A stretch of 64,000 nucleotides of DNA, from the NCBI RefSeq assembly GCF_006345805.1, contig NC_043006.1:37076001-37140000 (forward strand), written 5' to 3'. The notes under the pieces were generated by a model. That model ran no database searches. It was not told the origin of the DNA and saw only the letters and a program-made list of their open reading frames with translations. The position numbers and the translations under genes were made by a program. Source of the DNA: Octopus sinensis (taxonomy: Eukaryota). Of the stretch, positions 1-12,759 are shown piece after piece; the stretch's first letter is position 1, and every line of letters starts with the position of its first letter.

Positions 1-170
1 AACAAACCAGCGCGACCATCCTATCTTTTTGGACTTCACAGACCCAATGTATCTAGGATCATATTATCTAATATTTCTTTCCTTGAGCTGTAGGGTGTTG
101 TTGGCTTCTATTTCTAGCAAATTCGGTTCCATATAACGGCTTCCATTACTGTTGTTGCTGTGATTGCTTC

Positions 171-225
<55 letters not shown>

Positions 226-1010
226 GCTGCTGCTGCTGTTGGTGTTGTTGCTTGTGGTTTTATATATTGTTATTGTTGTTGATGTGCTCTGTTATGTATG
301 TCCTGTAGTTTAGTTTTCAACAATTCCAAGGTTTGGCTGCTATCTTTAGCCGGTCGTTCAACCACCGTCACTGGTTCGTGTTCTTGTCATCTCATTACCA
401 ATGTTCATGTAGTTGTTGTTATTATTTTTACAATTGTTATTACCACTACTGTTGTTGTTTAGCCCCGGTCAGCTCTGATGGAATAAACTTATCAAAAGAC
501 ATTCCACCTGTGGCCACCACATTTTTTCTTGTGAGATCATGCATCAGACACAAAGCAGTAACGCAGCTGGAGACGGGAAAATCCAAACCTTTCCTCGGAT
601 GACGCTTTTATGGGGCCAGCACCTTTGGATTGCTGTATAAGCTTGTATAGGATTGGGGGTCTGGCTGAGGGCGGAAGGGTAAAATTCAAGGGCTGCCCCG
701 GGAGGGCACACACTTTAGTCGCACCGCAGCATCAAAGGCTACATTATCCAATGTGTCATTCTTTTTCTAAAACAGAAAAGTAAGGCTTGAAGAAGATTTA
801 GATGCTATTTTTAGCACGTCCAATGACTAAATTGAGATAGAGACTTCCTTGTTATTATATTATTGTTGTTGCTGTTGTCACTAATAATGTTTTTGAGCAT
901 CAACTCAGCCTGAATCCAGAGCACCTGTAATGAAAAACATCGCAGCCCTGACTCTCCCATCTTTTTGTATATCTAATACTATATTATTCTCAGTGGTCCC
1001 TTCCTTCCAT

Positions 1011-1011
1011 C

Positions 1012-1105
<94 letters not shown>
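1011..1105. repeat. (TCTA)n microsatellite
   Basis: Pure tetranucleotide tract. Similar tracts occur at about 3637-3735, 7261-7335, 34040-34110, 48146-48212 and 57710-57848. Confidence 0.95.
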
Positions 1106-1107
<2 letters not shown>

Positions 1108-1150
1108 CTCTGCCTAGTACTTTTTTTTTGGGTGGGGGGTCACAGAGATA

Positions 1151-1440
1151 GAGTTCTCTGGCACCATCTACACAAGGTCCTATCGAAAACAACAACCATT
1201 AAACTTCTGGCCAGATTCCCAAGCTTTGACCAACTAAGACATTGGCTATCATCCAACCATCTCGTTCTTGGTCTCTACCCCTAGGCTTCGTACCGGTTGA
1301 CTCGGCTTGATGAATCCGTCTTGCGATTCTTTCTAACCACATGTCCGTAATACGAGACCTGTGTGCAGAAGTAGTGGCTTGATCTGAGGAAACTCCTTGA
1401 TCTCCTAGCTATGCACCCGTCCGAACATGAACTCTACGCC
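1151..1440 (-). mobile_element. Degenerate 3' end of an RTE-clade LINE
   Basis: The minus strand gives a broken peptide resembling RTE ORF C-termini (YYGHVVRK...TGTKPRGR...DGW...SLGIWPE...DRT..W). Recognised by eye. Confidence 0.55.
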
Positions 1441-1543
1441 TCAACAATGAATGACGACAACAGCAGCGGCCTCCGCACTAACCGACGCGCTTTACTTCCC
1501 AGTGGGGCATTTGTCAAATTTGAAGGCTGGCTATTTGGGTCTC

Positions 1544-2001
1544 AGAACTTCCTTTTTGTTTAAGGCATGTGGCTGTATTTGGAAGAGGATTTGACTGTTA
1601 TTTCTCGCAAAAAAGTGCATCCATGTAGAAGCTGCTTCGCTGATGTCTACTGCTGGTTCTGGTGGTGGTGGTGGTGGTGCTGCTGCTGCTGTTGGTTCTG
1701 GTGCATTACTTTGCTTGCTAGAACCTTAGGGTCACTCGTCACATGTGGTCAGCATTCATGAGGGACGTTGGTCAGAGCCGGCTCGACCTACCCCGGGTGG
1801 ATGCCACCGCAGGTACAGGTAGATATGCACCTTGTCAAGTAACATTAATTCAGAGGGACCCCATTTTCACTGCTTGTATTCGCGATAGAACTTCCTTTTT
1901 GTTTAAGGCACGTGGCTGTAATTGGAAGAGGATTTGACTGTTATTTCTCGCAGAAAAGTGCATCCATGTAGAAGCTGCTTCGCTGATGTCTACTGCTGGT
2001 T
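1544..2001 (+). repeat. 115-bp direct duplication (1544-1658 and 1887-2001)
   Basis: AGAACTTCCTTTTTGTTTAAGGCA...GATGTCTACTGCTGGTT occurs twice, 343 bp apart, with about 3 substitutions. Confidence 0.9.
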
Positions 2002-2585
2002 TTGGTGCTGGTGCTGCTGCTCTGCTGCTGGTTTTGGTGCTGCTGCTGGTTTTGGTGCTGGTGCTGCTGGTGCTGGTTCTGATGCTGCTGCTGGTTCTGG
2101 TGGTGGTGGTGGTGGTGGTGCTGTTGCTGCTGGTTTTGGTGCTGCTGCTGTTCTTCTCACTCCTGCTGCTTTTCATGTTGTTCTTGTCGTTACTCCTATT
2201 GCTGCATTGTTTCTTTGTGCAGTAACTGCTTCCATTGCTGCTGCAGTTGCTACTGATGTAAACCCTTTTGCTGTTGCTGTTTAGTCCCAGGCCAGTGCTA
2301 ATCAAACAGATATTCAGACATAGGCAATCCAACTGTGACTATCCAGTTTTTTAATCAACCATAATTCGTGCGTGCAATACCCCCCCCACACACGCACGCA
2401 TATATATATAATATATATATATATATGCACACACATATGCACACATATAATGCACTTATGTATGTGTGTGTGTCTGTATATATGTGTGTGCGTGTATGTG
2501 TGCATATATATGTGTGTATATATATATATATATGTACAGACACAGGCATATATAATGCAGAAGTGTATGTGTGTCTATGTGTGTG

Positions 2586-2669
<84 letters not shown>

Positions 2670-2799
2670 TTGCAAGCTACGTTATTTTATGTTTCCTTCT
2701 CATATTTAAGACGATAGAATGTGATTTGAGGAAAATTTGGCTGCTATTTCTATTTACAGTTCCAGGAATAGAGGTTCCCTCACATCGGATCATTCCCAT

Positions 2800-3606
2800 T
2801 GTTGCTGAGTTGCTGTTTACCTTTGCCATTGCTGTTGTTATTGTTGATGACGTAAGCCACCGCTACTGCTGCTGCCCCTGCTGTCATTGCTGCCCTGCTG
2901 TCATTGCTGCTGCTTCTTCAGCTGCTGCCGTTGCTGCTGCTGCTGCTGTCAATACTGTGCTTACTGCTGCAGTTGTTGCCGATGCTCCTCTAACATTTCT
3001 AGTCATGAGCTGCTGCTGTTGCTGATGGTGTTTTTGCAACTGTTGGCCTTACTAAGTTGTGGTATATTTTTTAAATAGTACTGTTGTTGTTGTTGTTGTT
3101 GTAGTGACTGGCTACTGCTGCAGCTGCTGCTGCTGCTGCTGATATTGCGGCTGTTGCTGTTGGTTTTGACTATTGCTGCTGTAAATGCAATTGTTATTGC
3201 TGCTGCAGCTGCCGATACCGCTGCTGCTGCTGTTGTGGTTGCAGATACTATTGCAGCTCCCACTGTTTTTGCTGCTGCACCTTTTGCTGCTACATCTGCC
3301 GCTGATGTTGTTGCAGTTGTTGTTACTAGTGCTGCTGCTGCAGCTGCTGCAAGTGTTCTTGTTGCAGCTGCTGTGCCAATTACTGACACGATTGTCATTT
3401 TTGTTGCTGCTGTTGCTGCTGCTGTTCTTGCCGCGGTTGTAGTTGCTGCTATTGTTGATGGTGCTGCTGCTGTTGCAGTTGTTGGTGCTGCTGTCGTTGC
3501 TGCTGTTGGGGATGTAGCGGCCGTTGCAGATTCTGATATTTCTGTTGCTTTTATTTTCGCTGCTGCTGTTGCTGCTGCTGTTGTTGTTGTTGTAGCTGCT
3601 GCTGTC
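2800..3606. repeat. Degenerate (GCT/GTT)n trinucleotide low-complexity field
   Basis: Ala/Val/Leu-type triplet runs that produce several spurious ORFs on both strands. Confidence 0.9.
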
Positions 3607-3635
3607 TGACCCCAAATCAACTCCGATTGTGCTTA

Positions 3636-3733
<98 letters not shown>

Positions 3734-3859
3734 ATATATATATATATACATACATACATACACATATATGCATTTACATACGTGCATAAACATTTAGATA
3801 TATGTCTGTATATGTCAGCATATATATGTGTGTGTGAGCATTTATGCATGTATGCTTGT

Positions 3860-3897
<38 letters not shown>

Positions 3898-3962
3898 AAT
3901 AACGAAGGCGGCTATAAATAATATAAAACAAAAAACGAAAAATTCATTTGTCCCTAACTGTG

Positions 3963-4058
3963 ACTGACGGTACAGTTAGCTCCTACATTTCTAGAAATAT
4001 AGAAATAAGAGCTTTTAGCTCTTATTTCTAGCAATGTAGGTTCTACCCTGCACCGTCA

Positions 4059-4094
<36 letters not shown>

Positions 4095-4121
4095 TGACGG
4101 TGGCAGGGTAGCAGCTACATT
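3963..4121. repeat. Nested inverted repeats (foldback/MITE-like) around a TTT loop and a (TA)n tract
   Basis: ACTGACGG...AGAAATAAGAGCT-TTT-AGCTCTTATTTCTAG...CCGTCAGT forms a hairpin at 3963-4060. After (TA)n, 4093-4121 is the reverse complement of about 4033-4060. Confidence 0.75.
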
Positions 4122-4130
4122 ACTCTCTCC

Positions 4131-4163
<33 letters not shown>

Positions 4164-4260
4164 AATATATATATATATAACTACAAAATTAGAAAATGGA
4201 GAAACATACTTAAATCAATCCATGGTGGGTTGAATTTTCAACCCCTATCTCATTTTATAT

Positions 4261-4422
4261 ATATATATATAACAAAAACTGTCCGATGAACGGCAACGGG
4301 AAACTCAGAGTAACAGGTTTTGTTGAATTTTCTGCTGCTTTAAATAAAGCATATTACTCTACCACTGGTATTTGAGTACTCTTTTTCCCACCTTGTTTCA
4401 CATTTATGTGTTTACTCCGGTA
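4261..4422 (+). mobile_element. Penelope-like terminal-repeat remnant between (TA)n tracts, with a decayed hammerhead-like motif
   Basis: Contains CCGATGA-ACGGCAACGG-GAAACTC-AGAGT followed by AATAAA, flanked by (TA)n on both sides. The family assignment is inference. Confidence 0.4.
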
Positions 4423-4440
4423 TATATATATATATATATA

Positions 4441-4716
4441 CAGGAGTGGTTGTGTGGTAAGTAGCTTGCTTACCAACCACATGGTTCCGGGCTCAGTCCC
4501 ACTGCGTGACGCAATGGGCAAGTGTCTTCTACTATAGCCTCTGGCTGATCAAAGCCCTGTGAGTGGATTTGGTAGACGGAAACTGCGGTCAAAGAGTCCG
4601 ATAGAATAAGTACTAGGCTTACAAAGAATAAGTCCTGGGGTCGATTTGCTTGACTAAAGGCGGTGCTCCAGCATGGCCGCAGTCAAATGACTGAAACAAG
4701 TAAAAGAATAAAAGAA
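4441..4716 (+). mobile_element. tRNA-derived CORE-type SINE (family F2), internally deleted
   Basis: A-box-like GTGGTTGTGTGG, B-box-like GGCTCAGTCCC, CORE-like GGGCAAGTGTCTTCTACTATAGC and tail GACTGAAACAAGTAAAAGAATAAAAGAA. Further copies or halves at about 15546-16061, 17600-17850, 25270-25430, 26010-26150, 32276-32645 (-), 32738-32940, 48490-48660 (-) and 56770-57115. Confidence 0.85.
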
Positions 4717-4740
4717 CATATATCGTTAACCACTACACAC

Positions 4741-4900
4741 ATTTTTTTCTCTCCTATGTTTTCTGTGTCCCTTTCTGTAGAAGAGCGTAGGCTCTAAAGG
4801 TAAAAGACTTTTTCTATTCCTGAGCGTTATACTAATACATCTGTTTGTTTTGTACACCTCCTGTCTTCGTCTATTGTTTTTTTTTTTCGTAAACTCTCCC
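4741..4900 (+). mobile_element. Penelope-like terminal-repeat remnant, family B, ending in (TA)n
   Basis: Homologous to 39478-39595 and 47625-47790. All share GAAGAGCGTAGGCTCGAAACG-like sequence and CCTGTCTTCGTCT, and all end at (TA)n. Confidence 0.6.
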
Positions 4901-5949
4901 TATATATATATATATATATATATATACCAATAAATATGTATTTCCATCTTTTACTCTATGTAAATTTATAATGCAGATAGTGTGACTTTTCTTTTTTAAG
5001 CAATTAAGTCCCAGAGTACTTAAATATCTGAATATTGCTTTAAAATTTTTACAGATGATTGAAAATAGCTTAAAATGAAAAATATTAATTATTAAAACCC
5101 TTTTACTTCAAGTAGAAATGGAAATACTCGATGTCCTATAAATAGGACACTGAGACAATGTGATATAGCTTATTTAATGTCTTCATTTAGTGTCCTATCT
5201 ATAGGACAGTGTGACTTAATTGGGGAAAGTAAGGCGTAATTTAATGAAAATTGGTTGTTATTTCCAGCATATCGAACAACAGCAGAGAGGGTCCTGCGAT
5301 GTTGTTACAGATGTTGTTGATATTCTGGTTGAACGCCTTGGTCGGCTTTTATGGGACTTAACTTGTGATGAAAGGATTTTTGTCCATGCCCACCTCGTCT
5401 TCTTCTCGGGCATTGTGTATATAGGACTAAACCATATATATCATCCCTCTTATTTCAAGACGGTTGGATTTAAATTCGAAGAATATTTTAGCACACTTTC
5501 TAGCAGGTCGTACGACCACATAACGGCAATGGTGGTGGGGTTTCGATCGTCTGACGATACAGTTGATGCTACTGTTGTTGTTCATGATGCAGTTGTTACT
5601 CCTACCATTGTAGTAGTAGTAGTAGTAGTTGTTGTTGTTGTTGTTGTCGTTCTTTCCATTGATGTTGTTGCTATTGTTGCTGCTGCTGTAGTCTGAAAGT
5701 ATAACCGATGGAAGAAGTTTTGTTGCAAAGCATGCCGGGAGATTGTAATGCTCCAAACGTGCGCGCGCAACCGAACACACAATCTCTTTTTCTTTCACAC
5801 TCACACATAGACATTCACTTCTTCATGCACACATACACACACACACACGTACACACGCACTCAGAGGACTGAAATTAATGACAAAGATAAGACACATGAA
5901 AGACAAAAGAGAGAAAATGAAAATATAGGAGTAGAAACAAAGAAACGAT

Positions 5950-6157
5950 GATGATAAGGGTGATGATGATGACGACGACGATGACGACTATGATGATGAT
6001 GATGATGATGACGATGATAATGATGATGATGGCAATGAGGATGATGATGATGATGACGATGATGATGATGACGACGACGATGATGATGATGATGAAGAAG
6101 AAGAAGAAGAAGAAGAAGAAGAAGAAGAAGAAGAAGAAGAAGAAGAAGAAGAAGAAG
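5950..6157. repeat. Compound (GAT)n-(GAA)n microsatellite followed by a purine-rich tract to about 6600
   Basis: Directly visible in the sequence. Confidence 0.95.
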
Positions 6158-6673
6158 ATGGAAATGATAGAAAATGAAAGAAAGAATGAAAGGAGACAAA
6201 GACAGAAAGAAGAAAGAAAGAAGAAAGGCAAGATACAAAAGAACACAGACAAACAGACAAAGAGAAAGAAAGAAAGAAAGAAAGGAAAAAACCCAACATT
6301 GAATTAAGAAAAGTGAATGCGTGAATGAAACAAAGAAACAAAGATAAAATTGAATGAAAGAAAGAAAGAAAAAAAGAAAAGAGAAAAACAATAAGAAGAG
6401 GAAAGAGAGAAAAAAAATAGAAAAAAGAAAGTAAATGAGCGAGAAAAGAAAGAAAGAACGAAGAATTGAAGAAAGAATTGGGAAAAAGAAAGGGGGAATA
6501 ATATAGAGAAAGAAAGGTAGTTAGTAGAGAGGGGGAAGTTAGGATGAGAAATACCAGAGAAATGAAATGAAATGAAAGACATTTAAAAAGAATGAAAAAG
6601 GAAGGGATTAATGATTAAATTCAATAAAGAAAATCCTTTTATACTCAAACCCCAACTCATTTGATCTCTAAGA

Positions 6674-7115
6674 ATATTGGCTTCAAGTTTTGGCCCAAAG
6701 CCAGCAATTTCGAGGGAGCGGGCCAGTCGATTATATTGACCCCTGTACGCAACTGGTACTTAATTTATCGACGCCGAAAGGATGAAGGGCAAAGTCGACC
6801 TTGGCGGAATTTGAACTCAGAACGTAAAGACGGGAAGCCGCTAAGTGTTTTGTTCAGCGCGATAGCGATTCTTCCAGCTCACTCACCCCTTAAGAATATT
6901 CTTTTCTACTCTAGACACAAGCCCCGAAATTTTGGAGAGGTGGGGCCAGTCGATTAGATTGACCCCTGTACGCAACTGGTACTTAATTTATCGACGCTGT
7001 AAGGGTGAAAGGCAAAGTCGACTTCGGCAGAATTTGAACTCAGAACGTAAAAAACAGACGAAATGCCGTTAAGCATTTCGCTCGGCGTGTTAACGTTTCT
7101 GCCAGCTCACCGCCT
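6674..7115 (-). mobile_element. Two tandem tRNA-derived SINEs (family F1)
   Basis: Each has the reverse complement of the head GGCGGCGAGCTGGCAGAA, the B-box TTCTGAGTTCAAATTCC and the core GTCGACTTTGCCTTTCATCCTTTCGGGGTCGATAAATTAAGTACCAG. Other F1 copies: about 7803-7944 (-), 11341-11551 (-), 18660-18790 (-), 23478-23665 (+), 24395-24545 (-), 25553-25770 (-), 28670-28885 (-) and 51020-51212 (-). Confidence 0.9.
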
Positions 7116-7185
7116 AACTACAGCTCAAATGAGGAGAATCTCTTTGACTCAGAAAGCAACAGCCTTTTCGCAAACTCACCAAATC

Positions 7186-7229
<44 letters not shown>

Positions 7230-7261
7230 CCTCTCTCCCCCCTCTCTCTCCCTCCCCCCTC

Positions 7262-7335
<74 letters not shown>

Positions 7336-7749
7336 GATCTAACTATCTCCCCAATTCCCTTCTCTCTATATTCGAAACCAATTTCACCACCGATGACCTC
7401 ATGCCTACATTTAGATGATCCAGTCTTTTAACATTTTATGTTTTACTTGTTTCAGTTATTACACTGCAGCAATGCTGGGGCATCGTCTTGTAGAATTTTT
7501 AGTCGAATGAATCGACTCCAGTTCTTAGTGCACACACTCACACACACCCATACGCACACATGCACACAGATACACACGGACACATGCGCACACGCGCATA
7601 CATACATTAACACACAGACTCATACTCTTACATATACCCGAGTGCACAACATATGCACACATATTCAATAATAATAATAATAACAATAATAATAATAATA
7701 ATAATGATGATGATGATGATGATGATGATCATGATCATGATGATAATAA

Positions 7750-7799
<50 letters not shown>

Positions 7800-8440
7800 T
7801 CAAATGTTTTCCACAAGGGCAGCTTGCGTAAGGTGAGGATGAGTCAATTACATTAACCCCAATGTTCAACTGGTACTTATTATATCGACCCCGAAAGGAT
7901 GGAGGGCAAAGTCGACCTCGGTGGAATTTGAACTCAGAACGTAGAATAATAATTTATCAGTAATTAAAAATAGGACAAGGTAAATTGGTTCTTTTCAAAG
8001 TCAATGTCTGTGCTCCCATTGATCGCTAGTAGTAGTAAACACATTTGACCTCTGCTGATCCCAAGGGTGTGGCCTCTTTTGTCTCCTTATCGCACAAGAA
8101 TGCCCATTGCTGATCTCTTCTCTGTCTGCCGAATCTATTTATAGACCTGTGAAATTTAATCTATTCACCAAGTTGTTTCTCTTGCTCCTACTATTCCCTT
8201 AAACCCTCATATATTTATGATTATCTCAAGTACAAGACAAAAGTTGAAACTAAACAACATTCAATAATACCTTTTAATAATAAATGGAAATATTAATGAT
8301 GATGGTAATAAGAGTGATAATAATAACAATGATAATAAAAATTTAGCCAAAACCCATGTCGGAGCAGAGGAAATATTAACAATGATAAACAATAAAAAAA
8401 ATGAAAATAACAATATCACTGATAATAATAATAATAATAA

Positions 8441-11275
8441 AAGGAAGCGGTTGGAATCTCCCTATACTCTAACTGATGATACATCTAGTGATGGTGTCAC
8501 AATAAAAACACTGGTAATTGCGCAACCTTATGATCGCTACCACATGTGAATAACGGTAGTAATGAAACTGAAATCCTTGATGGTAACAGTATTTCACCTG
8601 GCAGGCTCAGAGATACTGGTCCGACTCCAGCTTGTCGTTATCCAGCAAGGGACTAGCACACACGGCGTAGATGGAACAAAGAAGTCAATGCTGTGGTCAT
8701 GGGGTGTTACTACCTGAGCAACCCTGTAAACGAAAATGGTGTTCATCTTAGGGGATACCGACAACGTATGTATGATCAATGGAGAGAAAGAGGATTGTTT
8801 CAACTCACGGAACAAAGATTATGTGATCAAGCTAGAGCAATAAGAAAAAATCGTGGGTTCACAGAAGTAGAGCTCGAAGCTATCAAAAGACGGGTGTTGG
8901 AAAACAGCAGCAGAGGAAACGATGAAAATACTGTTCCTACTGATAAAAGTAATCTTATAGCAGAACACAGAGGTGAAATCTCTAATAAACTGCAGGAAAG
9001 GAACTTGCACGATGAGAGACATATAGATGGTTTGGAAGAAGCCAATACAACTAATGGTGACATGACAGATGGGCAAAAGGCAATCTGCGACAGATTACAG
9101 GCAAGGCTACAGGTGAACGATAGTGACATTATTTGCAACATTAACAAAAGGTGGAAATTGAACCAAGAAACGAAAAATGCGAATGAAATTCTGAAATACA
9201 TCAGAACAAAAAACATCACAGAAACAAACAATTAGATCAAGGCATCAAGTATTGTTGTAGCAGAAAATGTGGGTGTTGATGTCAAGGAAAAGAAATAGAA
9301 TAGGAATGACAAAAGAAAGGATCCATGGTTGAAAAGAAGAATACAGGCGAGGTTAGATATGCTCTCAAATGACATTTCTGTGTTAGATCGAGGGAACTTA
9401 AAAGCGAACAAAAATACAGAGCACTGAACAGGAAAAATGATATTGAAAGAAAGGACCCGAAAGTGGTAAAGGAGGAACTGAAACAGCGCCTCGTTGCAAA
9501 GAATGCAAAGATAGTAGGATACAACAAAAGAATGAAGGGATACCAGCAGAATAGGTTATTCAGTGTAGATGATAAGAGATTCTACAAAGAAATAAATGGA
9601 GAGTGTACAGATGAAAAGTTGATACCAGATAACATTGAAGGTCAAAGGTTTTGCATGATACCACTAACACTGATTTTTGGGAAAGCAAAGGCTGGATATG
9701 TATTCAAGAGCCGCTAACAAAAAGTCAACCACTTGTTATTCATGGATGACCTCAAACTTTATGGTAAAGATGAATCCCAAGTCAGGTCACTCGATACGGT
9801 GTATACTTTCAGTGCTGATATCAGAATGGAGTTGGGACTGAAAAAGTCTGGTGTGTTAGTCTTGAAGAGAGGCAAAGTCAAATGTATGGACGGGCTAGCG
9901 ATACCGTCGGGGGAGGTTATGAAGCAGATAGAAGAGACAGGCTATAAGTACTTGGAGATATTGGAAATGGATAACTTGGTGAAGGAGATGATAGAAAAAT
10001 TCAAGGTGAAGTACTTGCGCAGATTGAGACTGATCCTTATGTCGAAATTAAACGGACGAAATAAGACTGAAGCTATCAACACCTGGAGGGTTTCACGCCT
10101 TAGATATAGAGCAGGGGTAATCGCATGGACAGTAGACGAACTAAATAGCTTAGACAAAAAGACAAGGTAAGTTTTTGACTAAATATGGGATGCTGCACCC
10201 AAAAAGTGACACATACAGGCTGTATCTACCACGAAAAAGAGGGGAAGAGGACTGATTGGATGTGAACATAGCATTAGAGCAGAAGAAAACAACATGGCAT
10301 GGTATGTAAAAAAATACCACAGAACCGCTATTATTGGAAGTAAGAAGGTCAGGCTTGGGTAGAATGAAAGATTGCAAAGATAAAGCACTGTGCAAGCACT
10401 TGAGAATGAATGAAACTGAAATTAGGTGGATAAAGAAAAGAATACATGGACAATTTCATAGGGATGTTGAAGATAAGACAGACAGAGAAAAAGATGGCTA
10501 TGGATGACTAAAAGTGATTTAAAACCGGAAACAGAGGCTCTAATATGTGATGCCCAAGAGCAAGCATTAAAAGCCAATTACATCAAATACAGAATAGATA
10601 GCACATCAAAAAGCGATAAGTGCAGAATTTAGGGACAAAATGGTGAAACTCTATGGCATATTACCAGTCAATTTACGCTCTGGCCCAGAAAGAATATAAG
10701 AGACGTCATGACAATATAGCATGGATTGTCCATTGGACAGTCTGCAACAAGTCTGTACAGTCTGTACCAAGAAGTACATGGACTTGACAGAGCAAAAGTT
10801 TGATACGAACATAAACCCGAAAGCATCATCGAAATTGATAATGCAAAGATTTTATGATTCAGTGCGACCATGAGATAGGGAATAGGAAACCAGACATAGT
10901 GTTAATTGAGTGAGAAAGTAAACGATGCTAGATCATAGATATAGCATGCCCAGCTGACAACAAGGTATGCGAAAGAAAATCAATGGATACAACAGGTTAG
11001 CTTGGGAGGTTAAGCAGTGGTGGCCGCTTAAAAAGGTGGTAGTAGTACCAATAATTGTTGGAGCCCTTGGAACAGTGAGTAAAAATCATGAGAAGTACAT
11101 GGAACAAATAGGGGGTGCAATAAATGTAGAGCACTTGCAGAAAACAGCACTGCTTGGATCCGCTCGAATACTCAGGATGGTGCTAGAAAAATAAGGGGTA
11201 TTACTTTAGTTCACTGGTACTGAACAGCTGGTACCATAGTACATCCCCAGCATTAGAAGATGTGCAAAGACAATA
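8441..11275 (+). mobile_element. R4/Dong-clade non-LTR retrotransposon, near-complete ends, large internal RT deletion, inactivated
   Basis: N-terminus RRRWNKEVNAVVMGCYYLSNP...GYRQRMYDQWRERG...TEQRLCDQARAI. RT motif HLLFMDDLKLYGKD at about 9730. Broken CCHC knuckle at about 10620-10690, and RLE motifs KPDIVLI...IDIACPADN...VPIIVGALG ending at the stop at 11194. (AAT)n tail at 11276-11340. Many stops and frameshifts. Confidence 0.9.
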
Positions 11276-11276
11276 A

Positions 11277-11322
<46 letters not shown>

Positions 11323-11618
11323 TAATAATAATAATAATAATCTTTTCTACTCTAGGCACAAGGCCCGAAATTTTGGGGGAGGGGGCCAGTCGATTAGATC
11401 GACCCAGTACGCAACTGCACTTAATTTATCGATCCCGAAAGGATGAAAGGCAAGTCGATCTCGGCGGAATTTGAACTCGGAACGTAAAGACAGACGAAAT
11501 ACTGCTAAGCATTTCGCCCGGCTTGCTAACCATTCTGCCAGCTTGCCGTCTTAATAATAATAACAATAATAATAATAACAACAATAATAATAATAATGAT
11601 AATAATAATAATAATAAC

Positions 11619-11683
<65 letters not shown>

Positions 11684-11686
11684 CAA

Positions 11687-12660
11687 TACCACCTAATAAA
11701 CATGAAGAAGAAGAAGAAGATGATGAAGAAACAACAAAAGCTATAAAACAAATGAAATCCAAACTAAAAATAGAACAGCAACGAACCATGATAAAACGAT
11801 GGCAAGAAAAGCCCCTTCATGGTAAATACTGCACTAAACTAAACGCAAAAGAAATAGACAAAAAAATCCCAGCAATGGTTGAGAAGCTCAGGACTCAAAG
11901 CAGAAACAGAGAGGATTTTTAATTGCAGCACAAGACCAAAGCCTCCCCACCAGAAATTACCAAAAACATGTAATGAAAAGAAATATTACAAGTAACTGCA
12001 GAATATGTGGAGATGGACAAGAAACAATAAATCATATTATCTCTAGCTGCCCAGTCCTGGCTAAGAAGGAATATATTCACAGACATGACAGAGTTGGAAC
12101 CTACATACATTGGAAGCTATGCCAACATTTGGAATAACAACAGAAAAAAGATGGTATAGGCACACACCAAAAGGTCACAGAAAACGAGAAAGCAACCATA
12201 CTCTGGGATATGCCGATACACACAGATAGAGAAATTAAGGCCAACAGACCAGATATAGTTGTCAGAGATCATGAAGAAAAAAAATGCTTTCTAATTGATG
12301 TATCAATACCGGCAGATGACAACGTGTCTCTAAACGAAATGGAGAAACTCTCAAAATACAAAGACCTGGAAATAGAGATAACTAGAATGTGGAATCTGAA
12401 AACAGAAACAATTCCTATCATAGTAGGTGCATTAGGCATAATAAAAAAACATTCAGATAAATACATAACAAAAACACCAGGACTTACAAACACATATAAC
12501 ATACAGAAAATTGCACTACTAGGCACTGCACACATCCTACGCAGAACACTTTCCATACAATAACCATCAGAGCATCACAACAAATCACAGCACATACCCA
12601 AGGCACACAGATCTGCGCTCGGTAGTGAAGTGAAAGCACGCTATAAAAATAAAACTACTG
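11687..12660 (+). mobile_element. 5'-truncated R4/Dong LINE copy (second subfamily), with CCHC and RLE domains
   Basis: CRICGDGQETINHIISSC knuckle and ILWDMPIHTDREIKANRPDIV...LIDVSIP...KLSKYKDL...IPIIVGALG. A short 3' UTR follows, then (AAT)n. It is also preceded by (AAT)n. Confidence 0.92.
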
Positions 12661-12759
12661 AATAATAATAACAATAATAATAATAATAAATATAATAATA
12701 ATAATAATATAAAGATAATAATAATAATAAAATAATAATAATAATAATATTAATAATAA

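Noticed and set aside
1850-2332. Gly/Ala-rich or Ser/Thr-rich repetitive protein (1922-2284 +, 1850-2332 -)
   Set aside because: A degenerate GCT/GGT triplet repeat following a duplicated SINE-like fragment, with no splice or start context.
8441-8560. Ribozyme in the Dong 5' UTR (CTGATGA at 8473; GGAAGCG/CGCTACC pairing)
   Set aside because: There is no GAAA/NUH half for a hammerhead, and the helix order does not fit the HDV nested double pseudoknot. A family consensus would be needed.
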